From an uncultured Methanoregulaceae archaeon (lineage in GTDB: Archaea > Halobacteriota > Methanomicrobia > Methanomicrobiales > Methanospirillaceae): DNA of 64,000 bases. The notes under the pieces are model-generated. The model saw nothing but the letters and a program-made list of their open reading frames with translations. It searched no databases and was not told where the DNA came from. Position numbers and translations under genes: made by a program. The stretch spans positions 1,632,001-1,696,000 of the forward strand of contig OY970061.1 of NCBI GenBank assembly GCA_963705255.1. Reading direction: 5' to 3'. This document shows, piece after piece, positions 21,591-31,900 of this stretch. The number at the start of each line of letters is the position of its first letter. The first letter of the stretch is position 1.

Positions 21591-21732
21591 GGCTGCAGTC
21601 ATGGCCTGGCAGGGGTCGGAGCCAGAGCCTCCCGGACTGCCCCGGCGGATCTCCCGCTCTCCCTCCGTTCAATCGCAAAGACTAATGATAAAGATGCGCA
21701 ATCTATCCACACGCAAGACCTGATCGGGTACC

Positions 21733-22020
21733 ATGTCAGATGTTAATTCAGAGGAAGCGGATATGCTCAAGTGGGCAAAGGCCTATGCGCACAAGCACGG
21801 CTGGTCCCTCAACACCGAAGAGAAACAGCTCTCTACCGTGATACGGGGGCTTGTGCGGAACAAGACCAAGTTCGGGAGACCCTACTGCCCCTGCCGGCTC
21901 CGCAGCGGTGACGAGGAGAAGGACAGGAAGATCGAGTGCCCGTGTATCTACCACAAGGACGAGATCGGAAAGACGGGACACTGCCACTGCAACCTCTATT
22001 TCAAAGAGCCGGAGCCCTGA
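21733..22020 (+). CDS. Ferredoxin-thioredoxin reductase catalytic subunit-like protein
   Basis: YCPCR...CPC...CHCNLY motif. Confidence 0.9.
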   Translation: MSDVNSEEADMLKWAKAYAHKHGWSLNTEEKQLSTVIRGLVRNKTKFGRPYCPCRLRSGDEEKDRKIECPCIYHKDEIGKTGHCHCNLYFKEPEP

Positions 22021-22045
22021 TGGTTTCCGTTTTTCCTTCCTTTGT

Positions 22046-22571
22046 ATGACCGGTCATTCACTCTGTTCCCCGGCTCCATCCTCCGGCCTTGGCCCGGTCA
22101 CCGGGTACTGAACCTCTCATCCTCATTCTCGGAAGTTTCCCCAGTATCCTGTCCCTTGAACGGCAGGAGTACGATGGGAATCCCAAAAACCGGTTCTGGG
22201 CGGTCATGGAAGAACTCTTCGCCGTCCCGGCCGGTCTTCCTTATCCCGGCCGGATTGCTCTTCTGGCACGGTACGGGATTGCACTCTGGGACGTGATCCG
22301 GACCTGTGAACGGGCGGGCAGCGCAGACAGCCGGATCCGGAACCCCCTTCCCAATGATATCGCAAGGTTTGTCCGGGCTCACCCGACCCTGCGGCTCGTA
22401 GCGCTGAACGGGAGCACTGCCGGGCGGTACTATGAGCGGTTCAACGAGATCCCGGGCGTGCCATCCGTGGTCCTCCCCTCGACGAGCCCGGCCAATGCAC
22501 GGCTCCCGTTCGCGGAGAAAGTGAGACGGTGGGAAGCGGTAAAAATCCGGGCTACCGCCGATCAGGAATAA
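22046..22571 (+). CDS. Uracil-DNA glycosylase superfamily (hypoxanthine/deoxyinosine glycosylase-like); N-terminus probably frameshifted near 22100
   Basis: LILGSFPS, GNPKNRFW, GIALWDVI, GSADSRI, LPSTSPANA. Confidence 0.85.
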
Positions 22572-22578
22572 AAAACCG

Positions 22579-24240
22579 TTACCGTTCCATCCGGAACCTG
22601 AGGAAGATCACATGGTAGATGGCATAGAACCCGACGAGCACTGCTGCCGTGTAGCCGGCGATCGCGATATAGGATATCTCTTTGGGCAGCACGAACTGTG
22701 ATGACTGGAGGACCAGCGATGAGCCGACTACCAGCGAAGCAACGACAAGGCCGATCATGATCTTGTCGCTTGCCTTGTCCAGTGCCATCTGCAGTTTCTG
22801 GAGGTCGGTGTCCACGATCTCGAGCTTGAAGGTCCCGGTCGAGAACCGCCGGAGCATCAGGTTGACATTGCGGGGCAGGTCCAGGATGGCGTCCGCTGCC
22901 TCGAGGAGGGACATGGACGCCCGCTTGACGTAGCCCGCGGAGAGGGTATTGGCATCGGCAAGCCTGGAAAGGTACGGGGTGACCTCGGTGCCGAAGTTGA
23001 ACTTCGGGTCGAGGCGGACACCGATGTCCAGCACCATCATGAAGACCTTGAGGAGGAGCATCAGGTTCATCGGCACCTTGAGCCGGTACCGCCGCATCGT
23101 CTCGGTGAGTTCGTTGACCACCAGCCGGAAGTTGAGCTGGGAGACGCCTTCCCCGCCTCCCCCGCTGAAATCGTGCATCATGAGATAGAGGTCGTCCCGG
23201 AGTCCTTCCCGGTCCGCTTCCGCGATCACGATGCCGAACCCCTCGAGGGACCGCAGCATCAGTTCGATATCGTCGTTCACAAGGGCAAAGAGGAGGTTGA
23301 TGAAGTTCTGGCGTTTTTCCGGGCGGAGGACGCCGACTATCCCGAAGTCGAGGAAGACGATGTCCCCTGCAGCGGTGACCAGCAGGTTGCCCGGGTGGGG
23401 GTCGCCATGAAAGAACCCGTCCTCGAAGATCATCTTGAGGTACGCGTGGAACCCCCGGACGCCGATCTCGTGCGGCTTGTGACCCATCGCCATGATCGAC
23501 TCGGGGTCGTCGATCCGTACCCCCTCGATAAACTCCATGACGAGGACACGGGAGGAGGAGTATTCCCAGTATATCTTCGGGAAACGGATGCCCGGGACGT
23601 CCCGGAAGTTGCGCGCCATGCGGTCGGCATTGCGGCCGTCACGGGCGAAATCGAGTTCTTTGACGATCTGGTGGGAAAAGTCCTCGACCATGCCGACAGG
23701 GTTGTAGACCCGGGTCTCGGGGAACACCGTCTCGATGCGTTCGGCCATCGATTGCAGGATGCCGATGTCGGTCTCGATGATCTCTTCTATCCCCGGCCGC
23801 TGGACCTTCACGGCGACCCGGGTCCCGTCCTTCAGGACGGCGCGGTGGACCTGCCCGATCGATGCGGATGCGACCGGGGTCTCTTCAAACTCGGCAAACC
23901 AGTCATCGATGCTCACACAGCTCTGTTCGATGACCGCGCGTATTTCAGAGAACGGGACGGGTTTTGCATGGTCCTGCAGTTTCTTGAGCTGTTCGATCAT
24001 CTCCGGCGGCAGCAGTTCGGTCCTCGTGCTCATGATCTGCCCGAACTTCACGAATGTCGGGCCGAGTTCCTCGAGTGTCAGCCGTATCCGCTCGTAGATG
24101 GTCGAGGTCTCGGGCGTCTTCCCTGCCGTCGGGAGCCGGAATCTCGCACGACCGGGGAATAACTTCTCAAGACCTATGCCGAAACCATATTTACTCAGCA
24201 CGTCTACGATCTGCGCATACCGCATGATACGGGTGACCAT
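22579..24240 (-). CDS. AarF/UbiB/ABC1 atypical kinase
   Basis: ELGPTFVKFGQ, ASASIGQVH, VAVKVQRPG, FFHGDPHPGN, FLDFG; two C-terminal TM helices. Confidence 0.93.
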   Translation of the reverse strand: MVTRIMRYAQIVDVLSKYGFGIGLEKLFPGRARFRLPTAGKTPETSTIYERIRLTLEELGPTFVKFGQIMSTRTELLPPEMIEQLKKLQDHAKPVPFSEIRAVIEQSCVSIDDWFAEFEETPVASASIGQVHRAVLKDGTRVAVKVQRPGIEEIIETDIGILQSMAERIETVFPETRVYNPVGMVEDFSHQIVKELDFARDGRNADRMARNFRDVPGIRFPKIYWEYSSSRVLVMEFIEGVRIDDPESIMAMGHKPHEIGVRGFHAYLKMIFEDGFFHGDPHPGNLLVTAAGDIVFLDFGIVGVLRPEKRQNFINLLFALVNDDIELMLRSLEGFGIVIAEADREGLRDDLYLMMHDFSGGGGEGVSQLNFRLVVNELTETMRRYRLKVPMNLMLLLKVFMMVLDIGVRLDPKFNFGTEVTPYLSRLADANTLSAGYVKRASMSLLEAADAILDLPRNVNLMLRRFSTGTFKLEIVDTDLQKLQMALDKASDKIMIGLVVASLVVGSSLVLQSSQFVLPKEISYIAIAGYTAAVLVGFYAIYHVIFLRFRMER

Positions 24241-24339
24241 GGGTACACCTTGGATGTCGTGATACTTAAGGCGTCCTTTTCTCCGCAGTAACCGGGGAGG
24301 TCAGGCGGAAAAACCGGGCCGGAAAAGAGGATGGTTGGT

Positions 24340-24777
24340 TCAAGGGACTATGCTGCCCAGGTCATCATCCATCCGAACGCTCAGGTCCAGAGGTTCGACC
24401 GTAATCGGGGGATTGGTGGTAACGACCGGGACGGGTTGTACCGGACAGCAGCTGGAGGTATCCATGGCCGGCAGCCATACTCCCGGGCACGTCAGCCCCG
24501 GTGTCACGATGACTCCTCCCTGCATGGCGCAGGTCTGGTTCACGGAAGATGCAACCGGAGGAGCGGCTGTCGGTTGCCGCATGGGAAAATTCCCGGTCAT
24601 GGGTACAGTTTGTACCTGGGTGGCCTGCACGGTCTGGACAGTCGCCGGAGGAGCGGTTGTCGCCGTTGTCCCGGGCCCGGATCCGGGGCCGGGGATCGAC
24701 GTGCACCCGGCGGCTGCCAGGCTGCAGACGATAAGGATGGCCGCAAGAAGGCACAGGCCGGATCGATCCTCCATCAT
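24340..24777 (-). CDS. Hypothetical lipoprotein with Thr/Pro linker and small Cys-rich module
   Basis: Lipobox-like LAAAGC; CAMQGG...CPG...SSCC. Confidence 0.7.
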   Translation of the reverse strand: MMEDRSGLCLLAAILIVCSLAAAGCTSIPGPGSGPGTTATTAPPATVQTVQATQVQTVPMTGNFPMRQPTAAPPVASSVNQTCAMQGGVIVTPGLTCPGVWLPAMDTSSCCPVQPVPVVTTNPPITVEPLDLSVRMDDDLGSIVP

Positions 24778-25835
24778 ACTATCCTCCCCATCTGGACGGT
24801 CATGTTATCCAGCTGTACCGCCATGGTGCCGAGCGAGGCCGAGAGGTCCGGGGGCAGGTCGGCACTGTGTTCCAGGTCGCGGTAGGCTCCTGCCAGGTCT
24901 GCCAGATCCTTTTTTACCAGTCTGAGGGGGGTTTTTGCCGACTCGAAGTTTCCGTTGTTCTGTAATGCCCTCGCAGATGCAAGGTCTTTTTTGGTCTGTG
25001 CAAGGATGCTGTCAGCCGGGCTGATATCGAGCAGGATGACCGTAAGGTTGTAATTGATCGTATCTGCCCTGGCCACCGCCCGGTAGCCCTGGTCGATGAG
25101 AAAACCGGTTGTGGTGTCGTCGCTGACCTGCCCCTGCACGTCATCGACCTGCTGCCCGAACTGCTGCGACATCGAAAGAATTTCGCTGTTCATGGACTGG
25201 ATCTTGAGCTCATTTCTTGACCCCAGGGCCGCAACCACGTCGGGACGGTGGAACGAGATGAGATCAAGACTCCTCTGTGCACCGGTGGTATCGTACCCTT
25301 CGTTCTTCAGCGTGTCCAGGGCCTGCTGCCCCTGCAGGATCCAGGCATCGAAATCACCCATAAGGGTTGTTTTCCGGGTATTCCAGTAGGTGTCCTCTTT
25401 GGCGGCAATATATGGGTTTTTGTTCGTTGCACCGGAGATCTGCTTGTTCAGCGTGTCCCAATCCCCCTGCCCCTTTGTCATCCGGGCTATGGTCTCGTTC
25501 CGGAACTGGCTGGTGATGGACCGCAGGTCAGCGGTAATTGTGTCGAGACTCGCCGGATCCGTGGCGGAGGGTATAAGGGATTCCTCGTTCCGGAAACCGG
25601 CCAGAAACCCAGTCATGTTGCTCGTGTCCGTACCGAACAGCGTCGTGCAGTACATGATGGCAGTGTTCATCTCCACATCGGTCTGGAGCGCAGTCCACTC
25701 GAGATGAGCCTGCCGGATGGCTGTTGTGCTGTCGGAAGGAGGAGCGCCCGCACCGGCGGCACTGGCAGGTATGAAGAGAAGGGATACGATGACGAGGGTA
25801 ATGAACAGCGGAATGCAGCTCTGTCGTGATGCCAT
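24774..25835 (-). CDS. Hypothetical secreted helical protein
   Basis: Signal peptide ending IPASA; 353 aa with amphipathic helical pattern; overlaps next gene (ATGA). Confidence 0.75.
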   Translation of the reverse strand: MASRQSCIPLFITLVIVSLLFIPASAAGAGAPPSDSTTAIRQAHLEWTALQTDVEMNTAIMYCTTLFGTDTSNMTGFLAGFRNEESLIPSATDPASLDTITADLRSITSQFRNETIARMTKGQGDWDTLNKQISGATNKNPYIAAKEDTYWNTRKTTLMGDFDAWILQGQQALDTLKNEGYDTTGAQRSLDLISFHRPDVVAALGSRNELKIQSMNSEILSMSQQFGQQVDDVQGQVSDDTTTGFLIDQGYRAVARADTINYNLTVILLDISPADSILAQTKKDLASARALQNNGNFESAKTPLRLVKKDLADLAGAYRDLEHSADLPPDLSASLGTMAVQLDNMTVQMGRIV

Positions 25836-25984
25836 TATCGGTTACCCCGGAAATCGCCGTGCGCACCTGCCATGTAAAAGTCCGTCTCCATCCTGATCAC
25901 TCGTAAAATGAATTATTTTTCAATTAATATCAAGATTTGCAGGTTTTTTTTCAGTCCTGCGGGAACCGGGGCATCCCATGCGGG

Positions 25985-27228
25985 TCAGTCTTTCCGGAAT
26001 ACCACGATCCGGTTGGTATTGGTGCCGCAGGTGTTGTTCTCCACCCCCCAGATATTCGAGGTCTTGGTGAATACCTGCTGGTTGATCAGCACGCACTCGC
26101 AGGAGAACCCGGAACCGGTGCCGAGGGGGACGACATGCTCCTCCAGCCGGATCGTCTTCTTTCGAACTTCACCCACCTCGAAAGCAACGTGCCCTCCGGG
26201 GCGGGTGATCCGGAAGAGTTCGGCAAAGACCCTGCCCATGGCCGAGGTCCACTCGTCAACGGTCCTTGCCATGGTTATCCTCCGGCCGATCGCTTCCCCG
26301 TCAAGCCCGTTGAACCAGCAGCGGAGCCAGTTGTCCTCGCGGTACTGCACGATATCGAGAAACGGGGGGGAGGTCACGGTCAGCTGCACGGTTTCATCGG
26401 GGATCTCACGGGTTTTTCCAGCATCTTCCATGAGGAGCATTGCCCGCCTGCCGGCCCGTGCCAGGCTCTTCTCCTCCTCAGGAAGGAGCGTCCGGAGGAG
26501 GCTCTTGGTCTTGTTCAGGATTATCCTGCAGGTGTCCCGGTACTCGGGGGCCTGGCCGCGTTTCTCGTTGATCTTCTGCTGGCTCCGGGGCGAGACTGCC
26601 TGGTTGGGCGGGAGGGTATAGACGGAGAAGAAGCCCTTTGAATGCCCGGTCAGCCGGTTGGTCGCCACCATCGCGATCCAGCGGTCGATCATGTCGTCCC
26701 GTGCGATACGTTTCCTGCCGAGGAGGTACTCCCGCAGGGCTACGATCTCCTGTGCGGTATCCGGATGGTAGAACATGGAGAGGTCGATATCGGAACTGCC
26801 CCCCTCACGGGGGATCGAGAGGAGACGCTTTTCTACTGCAGCAATTTCGGGCGGGAAGAACCGCGGCTCGGTCATGATCCGTGAAAGGGGGTTTGCATCG
26901 TTCGCAATGACATTGCGTCCCATGAGGCCCGCTTCAATGACGGTCGTCCCCCGCCCGCTGAAGGGATCGTAGACCACGTCCCCTTTCCGGGTCAGGAGGC
27001 CGATGAAGAACCGGGGAGCTGCGGCTTGAAACACGCACGGTAGGAGATCTCATGGATCGATCCTGCCTGCCGCTGCCGGGATGTCCAGAACTCCCCGGTA
27101 AACTTTCTGAACGTATCCGATCCTATCCTTACTTCCTCGCTCTGCGTGGGAAGTCCCTCAGGATGCGTATTCATGCGCAGGAACCCGGGGAGGTCTTCGT
27201 CGCCAGGTGTGCGGGATCTGGTCGCCAT
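25985..27228 (-). CDS. Orphan N4-C/N6-A DNA methyltransferase (frameshift near 27020)
   Basis: [11 protein letters not shown] (motif I) precedes VTSPPF (motif IV); N-terminal [14 protein letters not shown] in another frame. Confidence 0.85.
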
Positions 27229-27319
27229 ACCTCAGGGTACGTTGGCGAGCGAAGGTATAATCCCGTACGGTCCGTTCCCGCTACACCGACAGCCTGACAT
27301 GCCAGGTGATGTACATTGA

Positions 27320-28123
27320 GTGCTGAGGAACAGAGATGATGCTGTCATCACCGCCCGGTCCCGGTTCTCCCGGACCGGGCAGGAGTTCATGGAGAGGACG
27401 AAATACCGATCTATCGGGAAGAGCGACCAGCAGAAGGGGGTGCCCCAGCCGCCGCTCGAGGTCCCGCCGGAACCGGACCGGCCGTGTATCGAACTCAGGC
27501 GACCGGAACTGCTTGAGATCCCCCCGCTCGATCTCAGGACCGCCATCGAACATCGCCGCAGTGTCCGGGCGTATCTCCACGAACCCGTGGCCCTTGACGA
27601 ACTTTCCTTTCTCCTCTGGTGCACGCAGGGAGTGAAACAGACATTCGGTTCGCAGGCCACGTTCCGCACGGTCCCGTCGGCGGGCGCCCGCCATGCCTTC
27701 GAGACCTTCCTGCTGGCAAACGACGTGGAAGGCCTGGAACCCGGGCTGTACCGCTACCTGGCGCTCTCCCACCGCCTCCAGCAGCGGGATACGGACCCCG
27801 CCCTCGCCCACCGGGTCGCATCCGCCTGCTTCGACCAGCAGTTCATCCTGCGGAGCGGGGTGGTCTTCCTCTGGACAGCGGTCCCGTACCGCATGACCTG
27901 GCGTTACGGCGAACGGGGATACCGGGACCTGCACCTCGACGCCGGGCACGTCTGCCAGAACCTCTACCTCGCGGCCGAATCGGTGGGCTGCGGGGTTTGC
28001 GCCATCGCGGCATTCGACGACGACATTATGAACGGGCTGCTCGGGATCGATGGTACGGACCAGTTCCTCATCTATCTCGCAACCGTGGGAAAAAAGGAGG
28101 AGGGGATCCCGGTTGCCGTCTAG
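27320..28123 (+). CDS. SagB/ThcOx-like nitroreductase-family oxidoreductase
   Basis: RRSVR, RTVPSAGARH, PGLYRY, YGERGYR, LDAGHVCQNLYL; start uncertain. Confidence 0.88.
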   Translation: MLRNRDDAVITARSRFSRTGQEFMERTKYRSIGKSDQQKGVPQPPLEVPPEPDRPCIELRRPELLEIPPLDLRTAIEHRRSVRAYLHEPVALDELSFLLWCTQGVKQTFGSQATFRTVPSAGARHAFETFLLANDVEGLEPGLYRYLALSHRLQQRDTDPALAHRVASACFDQQFILRSGVVFLWTAVPYRMTWRYGERGYRDLHLDAGHVCQNLYLAAESVGCGVCAIAAFDDDIMNGLLGIDGTDQFLIYLATVGKKEEGIPVAV

Positions 28124-28657
28124 GAGGTATGGGCGCCTACGGTATCGAACGCCGGGGGATACCGGACCACGCCTCCGATGTCATCGAGGGCGCCGGGCTT
28201 CAGCGACAGTGCCATGAATGCATCGTCCGGACAGGGAAACGGGGCCGTGATCCTTGAATCCTTTGCAGCGGTAAAGCCGAAGCGGGGATAGTATCCCGGG
28301 TGGCCGACCACGATTACGATGCGGTGGCCGAGACGTCTGCACTCGCCGAGCCCTGCTTCAATAAGGGCTGCGCCGATACCCATGCACTGGTAATCCTGGT
28401 GGACCCCGAGCGGGGCAAGCGCAAGAGCGGTCTGTCTCAACCGTGCCGGAGACAATGGCGACAGGACAGAACAGGATGTGCCCGATAATCCTGTCGCCAT
28501 GCACGGCAACAAGGGAGAGATCCGGGTTGATATTGCCATCGTCCCGCAGGGCATTCACGAGCCGTGATTCCCCGTCCTGCCCGAATGCCTGGAGAAGGAC
28601 CTCGGATATGGCGGAGGCATCCTCCGGGAGTTCCTGCCGGATGAAAAAGGAATCCAT
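28120..28657 (-). CDS. GNAT N-acetyltransferase, YhbS-like (frameshifted)
   Basis: IRQELPED...AFGQDGESRLV...IIGHILF in one frame; LAPLGV...GIGAALI...VVGHPGYYPRFGF in another. Confidence 0.8.
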
Positions 28658-28690
28658 CCTGTTCTTTTGGACGGCTGAGGTGATAAGGCA

Positions 28691-28966
28691 GTGTTCCGTC
28701 CCGTCCCGCTCCCCACCAGCCTGGACGGTGCAGCGTACTGGATCGCGGGTTTCACCGCGGTCAACATCGTGACGGCAGCGATCTTCATGGCCAGACCGGG
28801 GTGGATCGCCCGTGCGGGTATCATAGCAGGACTGGTCCTGATCCTGTACGCGAATTCGGTCATCCTGAAAGAGCGGACGCTGGATGCGGCGCTCCGGGTG
28901 CTCCCCTGCTTCCATGTCGCGATGGTGCTGTACGCGGGCGGAATTGTACTCGGGGAGATCGTGTAA
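28691..28966 (+). pseudogene. 3' remnant of a membrane protein (possibly UbiA-like prenyltransferase)
   Basis: Three hydrophobic helices, coding-like composition, no convincing start; abuts the divergent GNAT. Confidence 0.4.
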
Positions 28967-29012
28967 GAGATCCCCTGAACATTTTTATCCCCCGCTCCCC
29001 CAAAAAGATGCT

Positions 29013-29663
29013 ATGAAAGTCCTCGCATTCAACGGAAGCCCCCGGAAAACATGGAACACCGCTACGCTCCTCGTCCATGCACTGAATGGTGCTGAATCCG
29101 AAGGGGCTAGAACCGAACTTTTCCATCTTTACGATCTGGATTACAAGGGCTGCACCAGCTGCTTCTCCTGCAAGCAGATCGGCGGGGAATGGTATGGCCA
29201 TTGCGCAGTGAAGGATGACCTCACGCCGGTATTCAGGAAGGTGGAAACAGCCGACGCGATCCTCATCGGCTCCCCCATCTATTACGGGATTACAACCGGA
29301 GAGACGCGGTCTTTCCTCGAACGCCTGATGTTCCCGTACTCGGTCTACGACCCCCAGCGATCCACGCTGTTTGGCAGGAAGATCAGGACCGGCTTCATCT
29401 ACACGGCGGGTGCCCCCGAGGAGGCAGTGAAGGAGAGGGGGTTCGACCGGAACGCCCAGGGTACCGAGCAGGCGATGGAGAGGATCTTCGGGTCGTGCGA
29501 GACGCTCTTTGTCACCGATACCTGCCAGTTCGACGATTATTCCCGGTATGTCTCCACGGCATTCGACCCGGAGGAGAAGAAGAAGCGGCGGGACGAGCAG
29601 TTCCCCGTAGACTGCAGAAAGGCATACGAGATGGGGGCGAGGCTGGTCCGCAGGGCGCCATGA
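29013..29663 (+). CDS. Flavodoxin-family / iron-sulfur flavoprotein
   Basis: MKVLAFNGSPRK.WNT, CTSCFSC...C, ILIGSPIYYG, FLERL. Confidence 0.9.
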   Translation: MKVLAFNGSPRKTWNTATLLVHALNGAESEGARTELFHLYDLDYKGCTSCFSCKQIGGEWYGHCAVKDDLTPVFRKVETADAILIGSPIYYGITTGETRSFLERLMFPYSVYDPQRSTLFGRKIRTGFIYTAGAPEEAVKERGFDRNAQGTEQAMERIFGSCETLFVTDTCQFDDYSRYVSTAFDPEEKKKRRDEQFPVDCRKAYEMGARLVRRAP

Positions 29664-30097
29664 ACCCCGATATTTCAGCGGACCCGGCCCGTCTCAGGAT
29701 GGATGATATTCAGGGCATGCTCGTAAAGACCTCCTGGAGCCCGGGCATAACGGAGAACGAGATTGCACAGGGCATCCGCAACTCCGCGCTCGTGGTCGGG
29801 GCGTATGATACCAGCGGGCGGCAGGTCGGGTTCTGCCGGGTCATCTCCGACAAGACCCGGTTCGCGTACCTCCTTGACGTGATCGTTGCGGAGGACTGCC
29901 GCCACCGGGGAATCGGGCAGGCCATGGTCAGGTTTGCGATGGCGCACCCGGACCTCAGGGACGTGTACCAGTGGCTGCTGAAGACGAGCGATGCCCACGG
30001 CGTCTACGGGAAGTGCGGGTTTGCTCCCATCGAGGATCCGGAGCGCTGGATGGGGCGGATGCAGCCGCGGCCGGAGAGGGGGGAATTTGAGGGATAA
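29660..30097 (+). CDS. GNAT N-acetyltransferase
   Basis: QVGFCRVISD, AYLLDVIV, RHRGIG, DAHGVYGKCGF. Confidence 0.88.
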   Translation: MNPDISADPARLRMDDIQGMLVKTSWSPGITENEIAQGIRNSALVVGAYDTSGRQVGFCRVISDKTRFAYLLDVIVAEDCRHRGIGQAMVRFAMAHPDLRDVYQWLLKTSDAHGVYGKCGFAPIEDPERWMGRMQPRPERGEFEG

Positions 30098-30323
30098 TGC
30101 AATTTCGGGACTTGAGCCAGTATCATGGCGAAATTGCCGGAGATTTTACAAAAATTGCCAGGTCCGGATCTGCCAATAAAAATAATTCCCGGATCTGTTT
30201 GGGGGGAATTTTTAAAAAATTGCTGACTTCCGAAAAAAAATAACGTGCCCTACGCGCGAAACGCTTTGTCGGGTTTTGCGCTAACTCCAGAGTTGTCTGT
30301 TGTTTTTTGCAGGCATTTCCTGA

Positions 30324-30399
30324 TCCCCAAACAGGTAATACGGCATCATCGTAATGCGCAGGGGAGGGGTAGGGAGGGGACAGGCACTGTCCCCTCCCA
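30324..30399 (+). repeat. Intergenic repeat with GCA-loop hairpin (mosaic element, locus 3)
   Basis: GGGGACAG-gca-CTGTCCCC hairpin; related to the reverse complement of 36647-36714; 30384-30398 is the exact reverse complement of 36294-36308. Confidence 0.65.
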
Positions 30400-30470
30400 C
30401 GACAGATGAACCGTAATAGATAATCGCAGAGATTTGGACAATTCTACAATTGAATCCTAATGCTTGAATC

Positions 30471-31142
30471 TCAGATCCTCAGCAGCCGCTCGTTCTCCCT
30501 CAGCCACCCCCTCCTCCGTTCGTAGTCCGGCAGGATCTCCCGCACCTTGTTCCAGAACTTCTTCGAATGGTCCGGCTGGCCGATGTGCACGAGCTCGTGG
30601 ACCACCACGTAATCGACGATCTCTGGCGGGGTCTGGATAAGGCGCCAGCTGAAGTTGAGCCCGCCCTTGTGGGTGCACGACCCCCAGCGCTGCCGGGCAT
30701 CGGTGATCCGGATTGACGCCGGCACATGCCCGGTGGTCATGGAGAACCACATGCACCGCGCCCGGATCTCCTTTGCTGCTTCGTCCATGTACCAGCGCCT
30801 GAGCCGTTGTCGGATCTCGGGTACGAGACTGCTGGAGACGTTGAGCCGGTCCATCCGTTCGATGGTGCCGTCCTCGTTTTCAGCAATATGCAGGGGATAC
30901 GATCTCCCGAGGAACAGGAACAGTTCGCCCTCCTTATACTCGTGCACGGAGGCGGACGGTCGCTTCTTCATCTCCTCCAGTTTCCGCTGGATCCACGCGT
31001 GCTTCTCACGGATCATCTCCTCGATATGCACCGCCGGGGTGCGCAGGGGAGCCCGCACGATCAGGGTGGCATCATGGGTTACTTCGAGCGCAATGGTCCT
31101 GCGGCGCGAGCGGATGAGTTTTTCAATCCGGATTTCGTGCAT
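30471..31142 (-). CDS. M48/YgjP (SprT-like) metal-dependent hydrolase
   Basis: RSRRRTI, RWGSC, NFSWRL, DYVVVHELVH, HSKKFW. Confidence 0.9.
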   Translation of the reverse strand: MHEIRIEKLIRSRRRTIALEVTHDATLIVRAPLRTPAVHIEEMIREKHAWIQRKLEEMKKRPSASVHEYKEGELFLFLGRSYPLHIAENEDGTIERMDRLNVSSSLVPEIRQRLRRWYMDEAAKEIRARCMWFSMTTGHVPASIRITDARQRWGSCTHKGGLNFSWRLIQTPPEIVDYVVVHELVHIGQPDHSKKFWNKVREILPDYERRRGWLRENERLLRI

Positions 31143-31200
31143 GGTCACGTATACGGTATTGGGCACCGGGGAAGAAAAGAATGCTGCCGGAGTCCCAGAG

Positions 31201-31896
31201 TCAGGAAATGGAAGACCTGCCGGCACCATCGCTGACGATTTTGCCGTCACTGAGGCGGATGATCCGGTGGAAATAGTCCTTGTGCCAGTCCTCGTGGGAG
31301 ACCATGACGATGGTCTGGTGCATCTCCTCATTGATCCCGCGGAACAGGTCGAGCACCAGCCGGGAGTTCTCCGTATCAAGATTCGCACACGGCTCATCGG
31401 CGAACAGGATGTCGGGCTTGTTCACCATCGCCCGGGCGATCGAGACCCGCTGCTGCTGGCCGCCCGAGAGTTCTCTCGGGAGGTGGTCCTGCCGGTCGAG
31501 CAGGCCGATCTTCCTGAGGATACCGGTGCTTGCCTCGCGGTACTGGTCTTCGGTCCGGTCCTTCCGGAGCATAGCCGGCAGGGAGACGTTCTCCATCACC
31601 GTGAGATCGGGTACCAGCGCGAAGTCCTGGAAGACGTACCCGAGCTTGTAGAGCCGGAACATGGTCTTTTCGTAATCGGTGAGGGTGCCTATATCGGTTC
31701 CGTCTATAACGATCCTGCCGGAAGTGGGGATGTCCAGCAGCCCCAGCATATGCAGAAGCGTGGTCTTGCCGCTTCCGCTCGCTCCCATGACCCCGAGAAA
31801 CTCTCCCTTTGCAATATCGAGCGTCACCCCATCCAGCGCCCGCACCTCGACACTCCCCATCCGGTAGATTTTCGTCAGATCCTGGATCTCGATCAT
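31201..31896 (-). CDS. ABC transporter ATP-binding protein (LolD/MacB-like)
   Basis: GASGSGKTT, LSGGQQQRV, FADEPCANLD, VSH. Confidence 0.93.
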   Translation of the reverse strand: MIEIQDLTKIYRMGSVEVRALDGVTLDIAKGEFLGVMGASGSGKTTLLHMLGLLDIPTSGRIVIDGTDIGTLTDYEKTMFRLYKLGYVFQDFALVPDLTVMENVSLPAMLRKDRTEDQYREASTGILRKIGLLDRQDHLPRELSGGQQQRVSIARAMVNKPDILFADEPCANLDTENSRLVLDLFRGINEEMHQTIVMVSHEDWHKDYFHRIIRLSDGKIVSDGAGRSSIS

Positions 31897-31900
31897 GGCA

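Noticed and set aside
27320-28123. RiPP (azole peptide) cluster suggested by the SagB-like gene
   Set aside because: No YcaO, E1-like partner or precursor peptide nearby; stand-alone SagB-like nitroreductases are common in methanogens.
30471-31397. 308-aa version of the M48/YgjP protein
   Set aside because: The N-terminal extension overlaps the ABC ATPase gene; the likely start is 31142.
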